This document shows positions 1 through 12,808 of a stretch of DNA of 64,000 bases, piece after piece. This DNA is from Psammoneis japonica. Lineage: Eukaryota. The stretch lies in contig QPGO01000017.1 in the NCBI GenBank assembly GCA_008632985.1, positions 620,001 through 684,000 on the forward strand, in the 5' to 3' direction. The position numbers and the translations under genes were made by a program. The notes beneath the pieces were generated by a model. The model worked only from the letters and a program-made list of their open reading frames with translations. It searched no databases and was not told the DNA's origin. How positions within the stretch are numbered: position 1 is the stretch's first letter; the number at the start of each line of letters is the position of its first letter.

Positions 1-390
1 GATGAGGAAGAGTCGGAACCAACACCCAAGCACATGGACCCGTCGAGGCAATGAGACTCCTGGAAGGATGCAGGGATCAAGCGATTCAACGAACTGCTTG
101 CGGAAGTAAAGAAAGACAGGTTGAGTGAGGAGGGCATGCAGTTCAACACATGGCACAGCAAAGGCAAGAAAAGGAAGAGTGACGAAAGAGGCAAGGGATC
201 AAAAAGAAAGAAAAAGCCCCGGTGGAGGAGGCAAGAACACAGGCAATGACAGAGCTTTCAAGTGACAACAAGGAGAAGGAGGAAGAGGCAATGGACGAGA
301 ACAGAGGAGACGAGGACAGCGAGGAAGAGGAGGACGAAAGTGATGCGGGCAGCAACACGAATGTAGATGCAGAGGTTGAGCGAGCTGCGG
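1..390 (+). pseudogene. 3' fragment of a degraded uncharacterised gene (W-x2-GIKRFNELLAEVKKDR motif, acidic tail)
   Basis: Frame 1 reads ...DSWKDAGIKRFNELLAEVKKDR..., then K-rich and E/D-rich stretches with stops and shifts. The motif resembles the ORF split by Copia at 32392. Confidence 0.3.
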
Positions 391-1687
391 TGTGAAAAGG
401 CAGCGGAGGCTTTTGTGAGTGTGACAATGGAAAGAGGACAAGCAATGTAGCAGGTTTCAATGCCAACAGTTGCAAGGTTTAATGAAGCATTTTAGGAATC
501 ATTGGTTTGTGATCTAACCTTTCGTTTGACAACCAGTGCAAGCAATGGAACCAGTGCACACAACAAAAGGTTCTTAAACCAATGCAACGCAAAGATTGGC
601 ATTAATTTGTCATTGGCCAAAACATTGTGAACATTGCTTTCAAAAGGTAAAAAGTGACGGAATTCTGACAGTTGAGGGAGGGGTCCCACAGGCAAAGGAG
701 GGGTCCCATGGTGAAAAATGGTGCACTGTGATGTGTGACAAAAAATCACGTTCTACACAACTCTCTCAAAAGGATGGTTGTGTGTTTTGCACATGCAATG
801 GCATTAAAAATCACCTGTAAGAAGGGTGGTCAGGATCACCATGTTTCGCGCTCTGATGATGCAACCAGGGCCAGAGTTGCACTGGCTTCTTTTGGTCCAG
901 GTTGGTTGCTGCAGGTGCAAAGAGTGGGGCACATTGCAGCTGCAGGAGGGTGACAATGTGACTCTGAGTGTGTGCTGCCAAGCTGAGAATTCCAGCTTGG
1001 TTGTGAGTGCCAAGCCCTGCCAGGCCAGCTGCCCTGGCTCAAGCTGCTCCTCCCAGTGTGTGCGTCAATTGTTGAAGGAGCACCACATTGACTCAAAGGC
1101 TGTGTTTTTGGTGGAACACAGAGGGAAAAAAATGTTGTCTTGACTGGTGCTTGCTTCAGACCCTGCATCATGAGCACAAGCTCCTCTTGAGAAATGAGCA
1201 AGGGATGCTTCACACAGTCATTTTTGGTGCCTCACTTTGGTTGCTCACTTGGCATTGCCAACAAACTCTTGAACCCCACCTCACTCACAGTTTCTTCACT
1301 CTTCAACCACAAAAGCAGGCTCAACTTTTTGTTGGCTTCTTTGTGGCCGGGGGTCACTGTTGCAGGCACAGGTGGTGGGCACATTGCCCCACGTGGGTGG
1401 CTCTGCTTGGCAACAATGTGATGCCAAGCAAGCATGTGCTGCACACCAAGGAGCCAAGCAGCCCAGCTCAGCTTTGAATGGAGCCCCAGGACAGCAGCAA
1501 GCTCTGGGTGCTCCCAGAATGGCTTGCTTGCTCAAGCTGTGCTGCATTCACCCCACAATGCTCTGTGTTGTGGTGGCTTCTTACAAGCCGTGAGGAATCT
1601 GCAGTTGGCCAGGGGCCCATTTTGTGAAGGCCACACATGTTGTGTGAGGGGCCAGATGCAGGGATCTGCAACAATGGCTTTGTGGCT

Positions 1688-1975
1688 GTTGGTGCCAACT
1701 TGGCATTTGATTGGGAGCCAGTGCTGAGGGGCTGTGAAGTGTGGGGTCAGGAGCCCAGCCAGCTCACACTCTCTTGTTGTCACAAAGTGCTGTCACAGCT
1801 GTCTTTGCATTGCAACCAGCCAGGTGCAGTTGGTCCCAAGCTGGCATTTGATTTGGAATGACTGCCAAGGAACTGCAAAGTGTGGGGTTGGGCAGTCCAG
1901 CCAGCTCGCACTCTTTGCGGACAGCAGAAAGTGCTGTTGCACACCTGTCATTGCACTGCCTGTGGCGCCAGCCAG
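1688..1975. repeat. Two diverged direct repeats, period ~141 bp (47 codons), in a degraded minus-strand ORF
   Basis: gttggtgccaacttggcatttgatt at 1688 vs gttggtcccaagctggcatttgatt at 1829. Both encode (K/R)ECELAGL on the minus strand. Confidence 0.55.
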
Positions 1976-3713
1976 GCACACATGGCCAGAGCAGCCTTGG
2001 CACATCTTGCCAACAAAACCAGCAGCAAAAGCAGCAACTCTTGTGGTTGGGCTGGCGTGCAGGTGGTCTGGGCACACCCCTGGGAAGTCAAACAGGAAGG
2101 AGGGCTCAGCATTTCCACCAGTGCCAGCCAGAAACATCAGCTTGTCTTGAGAGAGACTTGAGCCCACACAGCCCTGAGTTGGGTGTCTTGGCTGGCAGGT
2201 TGGAAAGAATTCTTGAGCACAGTCTGGCATGTGGGTGGCACTGTCACCAAGAGAGCTGCTCTGCAGAGGAAGAGGGAAACAGGCAACAGCATTTTGCAAG
2301 AACTGTTTTTTCAATGGCTGGGTGAGATGGGGCAGCATCTAGACTTTGACGAAGCATTTGGCGGACAAAGCTTGAGCACAGAGAGCTGCCCACTCAAGCT
2401 CCACAAGTGGCATGTTCCAAAGGTGACACCACACACAGGCCATGTGTTCATGCATCAACATGCATCAACATGCATCAAGCTGCAAGTCTCACAAAAAACC
2501 ACCACCAACCTTTCAACCAACCACAATGGAGGAGAAAACATTGCAAGAGTTTTGAAACAAGAGTGGTTCATTGACTCTCTTCTATTTCATGCATTCAAGA
2601 GCTTCTTGTCCTTCTTGAACATTTGTTGTGCATTGTTGTCTCTTTTAATTCAAGTGCAAAAAGGAGTCACTTTTCTTGTTTCTTTCTCTTGAGGGGTTGT
2701 TGGTTGTTGAGTGATGCAATTTTTGTTGTCACATTTTTGGAAATGTTGGCAAACCCGATCACTGGCTTGATTGTCAACCCATTCACTGTTTTGAGTCTCC
2801 ATGGCATAAAATGCCATGAGCCCAGAGCCCTCACTTGTTGAGGCCTCAATTGTTTCATCAAACACAATGCTTTGAAATGCGTTCAACATCAACTTGACTC
2901 AGTTGAAATCCCAATTTGTGAGCGATGAAAAATCACAAATGCCAAACAAATGGCCACTTTCGACACCAAGATCCCCGAGTTCAATCCAAATGTGACGGTG
3001 CGCCTTGCAGCTTGTGACCATCACACATGCAGGCATGCTTTGTTGTTGTCTCATCGCGCGCTCGCATTGAAAATGCTGACAGATCAAAGTTTGCAAAAAG
3101 GATGGAATGCAAATTCATTTGTGTGTTCATCAGTGGCATTGGCACAATGACGTTGACGGCAGAAGGGATTGAAAATCTTTGTTCATCATTGACGTTTCTG
3201 CATTGCTCAGAATTTGAAATCGGGCCACTGCCGTTGAGCATTTAGCTCTCTTTGTGTTGAAGTGCAAATGACACTCAATGATTTGCACTGATCTTTTGGC
3301 TGTCTCTGTGTCGAAGCGCACATGATGCTTGATGTTTTACACTGTTCATTTAGCTTACTTTGACTCGAAGTCAAATGTCGAGTTTGGGTTATGGGCTTGT
3401 CGTCATTCAGCCACGATCATGAAGTCTTTGTGCCAAAAAATCTGATTCAGCGTTCTCCCCCAATAAATTTTCTGGAGCGTTACATTTTTCTACGCGCGGT
3501 TCTACGGGGCGTGAGCACTCCCAACTGGGAGGTCTGTATGTGGTACGGAAGAGAGGAGTGGGGCGTGAGACTCCTCCTGCAGTGGGCCGGCGCGAAAAGA
3601 AATGGAGAATTCGGGTCGGTGGACAGACGACCCACGACTAACGGAAGTAAATAAATGAAAACCAAAAAAAACATCGTCGAGAGTTGTAGAGTTGTTGCAT
3701 CTCGAAGCGCAAC

Positions 3714-4897
3714 ATGTCAGCTTCGGGTGCTGTCGTAGAACCAAATGCCGGTGCTGCTGTCGTGCCAGCTGCCGGAACGGTAGTCGAGCCCGCTGACGCT
3801 GCTGTTGCACCATCACCGGCCGAAAACATGTTTGCGGCCATTGTGCCCACTCTGCCGGTGAACCATCAAACTGCCATTGCTTGGTTGGCTAAGCAGAACC
3901 AACTTGATTTCGAAATTTACCAAACCGAGCTAGCCCGCATCAAGGACCAAGCAAAGGACCAAGCAAAGGACCTCGCAAAAGAAGCGTTTGCTGAGATGAG
4001 GCAGAGCAAGGCTGATCTCAAGTCGTCGACTGAAAATCGCACCAAGGAGATCATTGCGCTTCTTACATCCTCGAAAGGAGAAGAGGAGACGGTGCCTCAC
4101 CTGGCGGACGATACGGAGGAAGAGGCACAAGAGGCAATGGAAACTCCGAGGAGTAAGTAAATGAAAAGGCACATCAAATACATGGCATATACTTCTTTTC
4201 ATCATGTAACTCACATATGTATATCGTGTGTCATTCCTACATCACAGAATCTTTTCTCTCTCGCGTTTCGGGTGCCGTCTCTTATGTTTTCACTCCTTGC
4301 AAGAAGGAGACTGATTCTCTAGGGTCTGATATTTCTTCGGACGGTAGCGAGTATTCGGTTGATGAACTCGATTCTATCACGGACTCCGATGCAGCATCCT
4401 ATGTTTTCACTCCTTGTAAAAGGAAGGCTGATTCTCTAGGGTCTGATATTTCTTCGGACGGTAGCGAGTATTCGGTTGATGAACTCGATTCTATCACGGA
4501 CTCCGATGCAGCATCCTATGTTTTCACTCCTTGTAAAAGGAAGGCTGATTCTCTAGGGTCTGATATTTCTTCGGACGGTAGCGAGTATTCGGTTGATGAA
4601 CTCGATTCTATCACGGACTCCGATGCAGCATCCTATGTTTTCACTCCTTGTAAAAGGAAGGCTGATTCTCTAGGTTCTGATATTTCTTCGGACGGTAGCG
4701 AGTATTCGGTTGATGAACTCGATTCTATCACGGACTCCGATGCAGCATCCTATGTTTTCACTCCTTGTAAAAGGAAGGCTGATTCTCTAGGGTCTGAAAT
4801 TTCTTCGGACGGTAGCGAGTATTCGGTTGATGACCTCGATTCTATCACGGACTCCGATGCAGCGGGTGACGATTCTGCCAACAATTCGAATCTTTAG
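3714..4897 (+). CDS. Spliced orphan gene copy A: exons 3714-4152 and 4248-4897, ~362 aa, Ala/Val-rich N-terminus, Ser/Asp-rich tandem repeats
   Basis: GTAAGT donor at 4153, CTCAC branch-like motif near 4210, CAG acceptor ending 4247. Splicing joins ORFs 3714-4160 and 4217-4897 in frame (ETPRK-SFLSRV). The same intron is present in paralog B. Confidence 0.7.
4280..4864 (+). repeat. Coding tandem repeat, 5 x 117 bp (39 aa SYVFTPCKRKADSLGSDISSDGSEYSVDELDSITDSDAA)
   Basis: Near-identical head-to-tail units with no spacers. Paralog B has a single unit. Confidence 0.95.
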
Positions 4898-7039
4898 TAT
4901 TTGTTGTCATATGGAGTGGTGATTCATTCGCAGAGAAACATGTCGCTGCACTCATCGCAAGCAGCCCTGAAACTTCATTTTCTGTACTCACTTGGTGCCG
5001 TACTTTTTCAACTTGTCGATGGTCCTCGCACCGTCAACATGGTCGGTCCGCAAGTAGTAGTGTAGGGTAGAAAAAGTTGCTATTCTAGTAACCAGATTGT
5101 ATCAGGGAAAAACAGTGTTGCTTACATAGGATACATTGTGATAGCACTGTGCCGGTACATTAGATTAAGATGGAATAGTTCATTCCGCGGTTTTTGTTCG
5201 GAAACCCACACGGTAAGTTGCGTTGCGCTTCACAGGATGAAAAACGCTACGCTTGAATTGCTGCAGAGGCTTCCACATAGATCATTCACAAAATTAAGTG
5301 TATTCCATACAGCGAACTGAATTGACCTTACTCACTCGATACTCGCTACAGATAACGCCACATCGTCGTCCTTATCCCAGAGAAAGAAAAGCGGCGTCGA
5401 TAGAGCTCTGCTTTTTCCACTTACTCCTCATGGCAGAGAATATATCATTGTGATATAGTTGAAATAATACGCAACACTCAATGGGTCTGCAGATTTCACA
5501 TGCTCTGCAGCATTTGCTTCCTCGAGAGCCAAACCCTTCCATTCTCGACTCTTGGCGAAGTTTACCAATAATGTTGGCGTCAGCAGTCACAATGTATTGA
5601 CGTCAAAGTCTTTCGGGTCGGAGCATACAGACACGGTCAATGCTGAACATCCCTGCTTGCAAGCGGGAGCAAGCGTACCGATTCGAACTATCTATACAAA
5701 TCGAGTATAGCTACAACTTTCCGACTTTCCGCTGCCTTTCAACAACAACGGACCTTCTCTGCTGCAGCACATTCTTCTTCTTACCACCGTGGAAGAGTAT
5801 TATCTCCCGCCATACTACAGGAAAATTGAACATCCAGAGCCTTGTCAAAACAAGGCTTGCTCTTCCTTTCAATCGATTCGGTGTGCTCGGACATCGTTCT
5901 GACACCTGCATTAGTCAACCCTTGCTTACTGATTCGAGACATGTTGCGCAGAAGAGTGCAATGAGTTGGCACAGAAGTCTCTCACCATCTCAGTGCTCGA
6001 CCCAACACAGAAACTCTAAATCTGATGACGTCGGGAGGGTCGTTTAGGTCATGGTGCTGTAGACAGCGGGAAATCCAGCCCAATGATCGCTGGGCCTCCC
6101 CTGAATTGTGCCATCCGCGCCCACGGTTCCCATCTCATTTCGAAAAATGCCACACGTCTATCTTGTAACGACAACAAGCGTAGGTTGGAAGCAATCGTCA
6201 AGGGAAATAGCTTTTCACGAGCGCTCTTGTTGATGTGCCAACACTGCCCCTTCTCCCGTAAGAGGCTTTCTTGTTTCACGCCGTCATCTGACCAAGTCAA
6301 CTTGCACTGTAGTCTCACTTTTGCAATGTGCACCAAGCTTGGCTGCGCAGACCCGGCGATAACAATTCGAAACATAGGACAGTAATTGCACCGTTGTTTG
6401 TTCAACTTTGCCTTGCAACATGCCGCACACGGTGGGTCATCAACTGCATGTCCTCCAAGCGGCGATTTCCACTGGCTGGAGATTTTATCTTTTCGCTCCA
6501 GAGCAACCGACTCGTCTCTTCTTAAAAATGTGCTGTCTGCTGTCTAGCTAGAAGAATCCGTAATGGGCACTGAAGCTCCCGCATCATTTTCTTTTAAAGA
6601 CCTTTGTGCGAACTGCCTCATTTAAGACCAGATGTTTCGAACGTCGACACAAACGCTGCTCGGTGGTGGTGTGATGCGTGATTGTCGGAGGGATTGAGCT
6701 CGAATTATCGCAAAAGCACGATCAACGTTCATTCCGCGCTTTTTCTGCTGTTTCACCTGACGCCAACTGGCCCAGCTCTGAGCAACAGTTTCTTTTGCAG
6801 CCGAACGACGAATTTGTAAGATCGAAGAATCGGCAGGTGCGTGTGCAGTGTGTTGTCGGAGACAGCTGGCTTGAAACGAATAAGACGTCATGGTCGATTT
6901 TCGGGCTGGGGGTGATGCGATGTGATGTGCGGCCTTCGAGCGTCCGTCAGGCGGCGTGGAGCGTCCGACCTGCCTCCGTAAAATCCGGGTATCTTTCTGC
7001 TGAGGTGTGCGCATTTTGTGCGCATTCTGTGCGCATTTT

Positions 7040-7971
7040 GTGCGCAGGCCTTGCACGCGGCATTTTGATGTGTTTCAGGACAAACCTGTTGTCATGCGTG
7101 GGACTCCTTCTTCAGCTGGAAGACAACAGTTCTTAAATGCAGACAATTTGTGACAGACACACTCATTTGTTCAGCTTGTTGCGATCAGCAGCTGGCTGGG
7201 CTTGGCCTCGCAGCCTTGCTGCCTGGGTGGCCGCAGCTGGCAGCTGTGCACTTCCCCCTGGGTGTCTTGCCTTGAAGCTCTTCACAAGCTTTTTTTTGAC
7301 CAAGCTCTTCACAATGTTTCCTGGTTTTGGTGCTCATCTTCTGTGCTGCAGAGTGCGGTGCTGCCGTGCTCTTCACCTTTCAGAGGGCGACGGGCTCCAG
7401 CCCCAGGTGGGACTTTTTGTGACATTTGGCCCGCAGAATTCTGCGTGCGAGCTCCGCATTACAAGAATTTAATTAATGGACATTTTTGTCTTCAACATCA
7501 AATGAATGACCAAGTTTGTGGTGCAATTGTGGCCATTGCCACTTGACGTTTTCGGCAATCCGCCTGCCCTGCGCCATTCTCAAGACATTTGCAAATGGCG
7601 CAGAAGAAAAAAATGTCAAAAGTTGTTGGACGGATCGCTCAATGAGTGCACCACAAAATGACACAAAATTTCAGAAAAGTCACGTGCCTTTCCACGTGCA
7701 CAAAATGCAGTGCGATCCAAAAAACCATCGATGTCACAGCTCAGCAGCACGAGGTCCCACCTGGAGCTGGAGCGCGTCGGGCTGCCGGCAGCCCTCGTGC
7801 AGTTGGGGGCTGGAGACGCAGAGACCAGCCTCACGCTGAAGAGCAGCACAGCCAAGCTTGTGGGGCCAATGCTTTCTGTCTTTGTTCAGTCTCATGTGGC
7901 ACCTCTTTCCCAAATGCTGTGCTTGGTGACGTCCTCGGCAAGTGCAAATTTTTTGGCACCTGGGTTGCCAG
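7040..7971 (-). mobile_element. PIF/Harbinger-like (DDE_Tnp_4) transposase remnant, interrupted by a MITE and truncated by an LTR
   Basis: Homologous to 51905-52990; GKCTAASCGHPG corresponds to the K-x-IAD-x-GY motif. Confidence 0.5.
7389..7778 (+). mobile_element. MITE, GAC...GTC family, 390 bp, 4-bp TSD GGGC
   Basis: TIRs gacgggctccagccccaggtgggac / gtcccacctggagctggagcgcgtc. Empty site visible in the duplicate at ~24961 (agagggctgcc). Confidence 0.9.
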
Positions 7972-8164
7972 TGACAGAGTGCCAAAGGTGAGAGGTGACA
8001 GAGGCACAAAGACTCCCCAGAGTGCCAGGACTGTGACAACATGAGTGCTGGCAGATGAGAAAGTGAGAAGCAGATCTCAGAGAGATCTGCTCGTCCATCT
8101 GGATGGTCCGGTCATCATCCGTGTGCAGTCTGTCCATCACACGATGTGTGTGGGCAGGCTGACA
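7972..8164 (-). repeat. LTR, Copia family 1 (variant b), 3' LTR
   Basis: Reverse complement matches the LTRs at 32392 and 39397. PPT adjacent at 8165-8173. Confidence 0.9.
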
Positions 8165-10364
8165 CCATCCCCTGATCTGCAACATCTCAACACAGAGAGT
8201 GGTGCAGATCAAAACAAAGAACAGGGATGATGCAAACAGACTGGACAACAAAACACAAAGTGTCCAGGCTCAACTCGCAATTGCAAAGGAACCACACAGC
8301 ACAGGGCAATGGCATCTCCAAAAAGTCTCCAAAGGCAGCTGGGCGCATGTGCTGATCCAACGGAGTCTTCGACAAAAAACATCAAAGGCAGTTTCCAACA
8401 AATCTTGAAGACAAATCGAGTCTTGCACCAAAGAAATAAATTTGTCAATCAACAAGCAATCGATCGCAGAAAGACATTCTGGCGAGTCACACTGTCGCCA
8501 AATCTCATCGGAAGGGATGGGGCCAGAAAATGCAAACCCACCATGGCGGACAGTGCGGCAATGAAGAAGCAACAGCAATCCACCTGACAAAACAACACTT
8601 CTGCCACCAGATGTGTTGCCCCTGAAGAACATGTTGGACAAACAAAATGCATCGTGTGGTCGCTCAACATCAGAAGAACAGTGACGCATCGCAGGTGAGC
8701 ATCGCAAGGCCTTCAAATGATGGTCGTCAAGTGAGGTTTCTTGATTGAATGTGACATTCTCAACAGCCTGATGTGCTTCCTCTGTGCCATGGGAATCCCT
8801 CCCCTGATCTAAAAATGTGGGGTCATTGTCGGGGACAGTCGACAGGTCGGGACCACCAGGAAAAACACCACTCGACACCACAGTGGTCTTGACAGCGAAG
8901 GAAGAAGGCAACATGCTGGAAGAGTTGGTGTGATTGTCAATCATGCACAGTTCTTCTGCACAATGTTGCTCCCTCCTTTGACAAGAAAATGAAGGATCAT
9001 CATCAGCGATGGTGGACAGGTCCAGAGTGCCATGAAAAGCACAAATGGACGCGACAACGGTCCTGACAACGGAGGAAAGAGACGGCACAGCAGAAGGTGG
9101 TAAGACTCGGTGGCCCTCTTTCACAACACCTTCTGTTGGTCTTGTTTGGACAATGGAAGGAATGGCGGCATCGCACATCCAAAATCAACAATGGCCGAGC
9201 CAAAAATCCGAGGACGAAGTAACCTGACAACCACCAACAGAGCTCTGGCTGCGTCCACAGGTGTCATTCGCATCATGCGACGGTGCCACAGAGGCAGCAA
9301 ACAGCTCATGGGTGACCTTGGTGACACAGCATGATCCATCCAATGGATTCAAGCGAGCCCCATTGCACGAAACAACAGGATTGCCAGACACAAAAAACTT
9401 TGGGGTCTTGAGCAGGCAAGCGTGGAGGTCGGCGGGAAATGCCACCAATCCGGCAGACAATGCAAGTGAACCGGTGCCAACAATTGCAGATGGCTCACTC
9501 GCAGGAACCACAACAGACACAGGAGACTTGACATGTGCCGCAGTGGCATTCATGGGATCAATCCGAGCACCCGTTGAGATTGCACCTTCATCTTGAGTCA
9601 CATCTGCATCATCTTGGCTAGAGGACTCGGTGGCGGCGTCCATCTTGGAATCTTCAAATGCATGATTAGTCAAAGACGAGGCCAGAGGTGAGGAAAATGG
9701 CAAAGAGGCTTTCTCACATCCGTCATGGTCACTGGAAGGTGAAGGGTCTGGATGGCGTTGATCCTTTGCATGAGGAGGTCCGTCCATGCCCTCATCGAAG
9801 TGTGCATTCATGTCCATCTTGATCTGAGAGTTTTCAGGATCCTGCCACAGGACGTGCTTGTTGGCATCAGATGAACAACCAAGGAAAATGCCCTTCTTGG
9901 GGACGGGGTGCAACTTGGAGTGACGGGAACCGGGTTCTCAAACCCAAACATGAGAACCAATTTCAATCTCCCCAGTGGCCTTGATGTCAGGAGTCATGTC
10001 CTGATCCACAGACACAACAGGTGCAGTGGACTCTCCAGAAGACAATTTGGCAGGCGCAATGGATGATGCAGACCCCGATGAGGAGCCACATGACACATCA
10101 ACAAGATCATGAATGCTTGTAGAGGGAAGAGGTGCATTCATTGTTGGAAGAGGCACAAGAGCTCCTTGTTTTGCATGTGGCACACAATTGGACGGAAGAT
10201 GCATGTCAGCACCTCCAGGATGCATGGTTGCATTCGCATGGAGTGGCGCAGTCGCTGATGAAGGACCACGCCCAGTCGTGACGGAATTAGAGACGCCAAT
10301 CAACGAGGAATTCATGCTCGTCGCTGGATGAGGTAGATGTTCTTGTGGAGGTTGACACTGGGGT

Positions 10365-10759
10365 GACGCGTTCCAGCCCCAGGTGGGAGCTCGTAGCACT
10401 GACGTGTGACACCAACAATTTTTGTCATCCGTCGCATGTTTCGCACGCAGATTTCTGCGTGTGACATTTAAAAAAATTGTCCAGACTCGCTGTTTTGCAA
10501 AGCCCCAGATGTTTTACATGACGAATTTATAGAAACAACAATGCGCCAGTTACATTCGTCAATGTCTGAAGAATGTAACTGGCCAAGTAAAAAATGATGT
10601 GCTTCAATCATGGGCAAGTTTGTGCGTTCGCAAAATTGCTTCATTTTCTGTTGGCGATCATTGACATTTTAACAACCGCACAATTTTGCTGCGGAGCTCG
10701 CACGTGGAAGTCTGCGGGCCCAATGTCACACGGATTCCCACCTGTGTCTGGAACGCGTC
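10365..10759 (-). mobile_element. MITE, GAC...GTC family, 395 bp, TSD GGGT
   Basis: gggt[gacgcgttccag...ctggaacgcgtc]gggt. Confidence 0.9.
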
Positions 10760-10808
10760 GGGTGCATCACATGTGGGAGTGCCTCCACAATGCTTTGCAG
10801 TTGTTGAA

Positions 10809-12004
10809 CTTGGTTTGGTTTTGCCCATTTGGGGATTCCCCAAAATGGCCAGGGTGAGGGGGAGTTGCCTTGCCCTTTTGGGGGAATCCGGGAAATGAGG
10901 GTAATTTTGCGGGAAGGAACGCCTGACAGGGCTCAGGGGAGGGGAACAAAAACGAATGGAATGCGGCAATGTACGGTGAACACAGTTAGGCGGGTGTGCT
11001 TTTATCACCATGACGACCGAGCGAGCGAGCGCTCGAGCGAGCGACGCGACACGATGCAACGACAATGATTGCATCGACACATCGACACAAAGCAGCCCCT
11101 TGTGGAAGAGTGAGGAAAGAAGAAACTTTGCCATTAGATCAGCCACATTAATGTTGCTTGTGCGAGGTTCCATTTTTGCCTTGTCCTTTGCTCTGGAGCC
11201 CTTGTGGTTTGCATTTGTGACCACGCGACACAAGAAGGAATGCATGGCACACTGTGCTCTGCAAACAAGATAGTTCAAAGGAAAGAATGAGCATGAACAC
11301 TCAATCTGACATGTTTTTTATTGGCCCAGTGAGGTTCCACTTTTGCCTGAGCCTTCACTTTAGACGCCTCATGGTTTGCATTTGCAGTTGGACGACAACA
11401 GTGATTCCAAACGATCCACTTCATTCTGAACACAAGATGTGTCGACTGGAAAAACAAGCAAGACCATTCAATCCACCACATTTTCATTCGCCACAGACAG
11501 TTCTGCTTTTGCCTTGGACTTTGCCACAGATGCCACATGGCTTGCATGTTTGTGGCCGCACGACAAAAGAACAAGTGCAACGATCTGTCAATGCACCATT
11601 TTTTTCTAAACACAATCTGTCAAGCTTCCACTCATTTTGTGTTTTATGCTGTCGATCGCAATGTTGTTCACTGGATTGACTGGTGTCATCATTGTTTGAC
11701 AAAAGCCGTCATAAAGGGGATGCGAGCCGCTCCATGGCGTGTTGCCCATTTTTGTTGCGATTGGTTGATTTCAATTCTGATGTGTGGTTCCGCATGTGCC
11801 GGCACGCAGAACACGTGGAAATGTACGAGAGGGGAAGCATGGGGAATTGCCGATGTATAATTTTTTATTTGTGCATTGAGCACATGCATGATGAAGGGCA
11901 ATTTGTGTCGATTCCCCGGGAATTCACCCTTTCCGTAGAAAAACAGGGTAAAAGGTGGCAATCCCGGGGAATTTTGTTCAAAAACACGGTAAAACCAAAC
12001 CAAG
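10809..12004. mobile_element. ~1.2-kb non-autonomous TIR DNA transposon
   Basis: TIRs cttggtttggtttt / aaaaccaaaccaag flanked by duplicated ttgttgaa (8 bp, or 10 bp if the ends are shifted inward by one). Interrupts the host ORF cleanly. Confidence 0.8.
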
Positions 12005-12808
12005 TTGTTGAACATGGTTGTGTGTGACGTGACGTGACGTCATGCGACGTCGTTGTGAAATGGTCCGTGCACATCAATGAAGGATTCATGCTCGATGACT
12101 GTGGAGCCATGTGAGCTTGTTTGGATGCATGTGGGGAAAGAGAAAACTCTTTCCAATCTCCATAATTCCATGTCATGTCAAGATTGAAGTGCACATGGTG
12201 CGTTGACACAAGAACACAGAGAAATTGCTCGTGTTGCTGAAGATTCAACTTGATCATGGTTGAGAGACCTTCAGGCGTCAAACAAATCGCGTGAGACTTG
12301 GCAGGGTCCACAACGCAAAAACAAGCTTCATCCACAATTGTCTTGATGGACTGCATGTCCACAGGATCCACCGTGTAAGGTGGAATAGCTTGATTTGTGA
12401 GAAACTCACGGAACAAGTCAACAAAATTCTTCCCAGGCCGAGTGTGTTCTGGATCGTCGAAGAATGGATCCAGATCCAATGTGGCATCCGCATGCAGCCC
12501 ATTCAGGGACGTGTGGACGTGCGGCAGAGTGACATGTGCTTGGAACTCACAACAGATCTCTGTGTGACAGACTTGGGAGTGGCCTTTGTGAGGTCGGGAG
12601 ACGCCATGGTTTTACTTCGTGAAAACATTTTTGGTCATGCACGAGTGGAAATCTGGTGTGTTTCTACGAGCGTGAAAAATGCTGGGAAAGCGAGACAAAA
12701 ATCCTTCCGGGAACAAGAGATGAGGCTTGCTTGATCGGCTCACAAAACAAATGAATCAAAACGGAAAGCTTGGCGCAGAGGTCTGTGGCACAGCGCAAGG
12801 CCACAACC

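Larger units (their letters stand above)
3716..7971 (+). repeat. Segmental duplication copy 1 (paralogous to 21252-25156)
   Basis: Colinear direct match; the non-coding part (4900-7380 vs 22457-24960) is nearly identical. Ends at the LTR inserted at 7972. Confidence 0.9.
8270..12607 (-). pseudogene. Reconstructable single ~900-codon ORF of the non-autonomous element (gag N-terminus, low-complexity region, SH3-like motif)
   Basis: Removing 10365-10759 and 10809-12004 joins the ORF pieces in frame (QPCSTT-AKHCGGTPTCDAP-QCQPPQ). Two in-frame TGA (9938, 9185) and one 5' frameshift remain. Confidence 0.65.

Noticed and set aside
500..830. Possible transposon terminus near cacctgtaag
   Set aside because: No matching end or TSD found in the window.
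4280..4864. CRISPR-like array
   Set aside because: Head-to-tail 117-bp coding units, no unique spacers, no cas genes, eukaryotic context.
5138..7056. Short ORFs conserved in both duplicate copies
   Set aside because: Conservation reflects recent duplication; several are frameshifted between copies and none has a recognisable domain.
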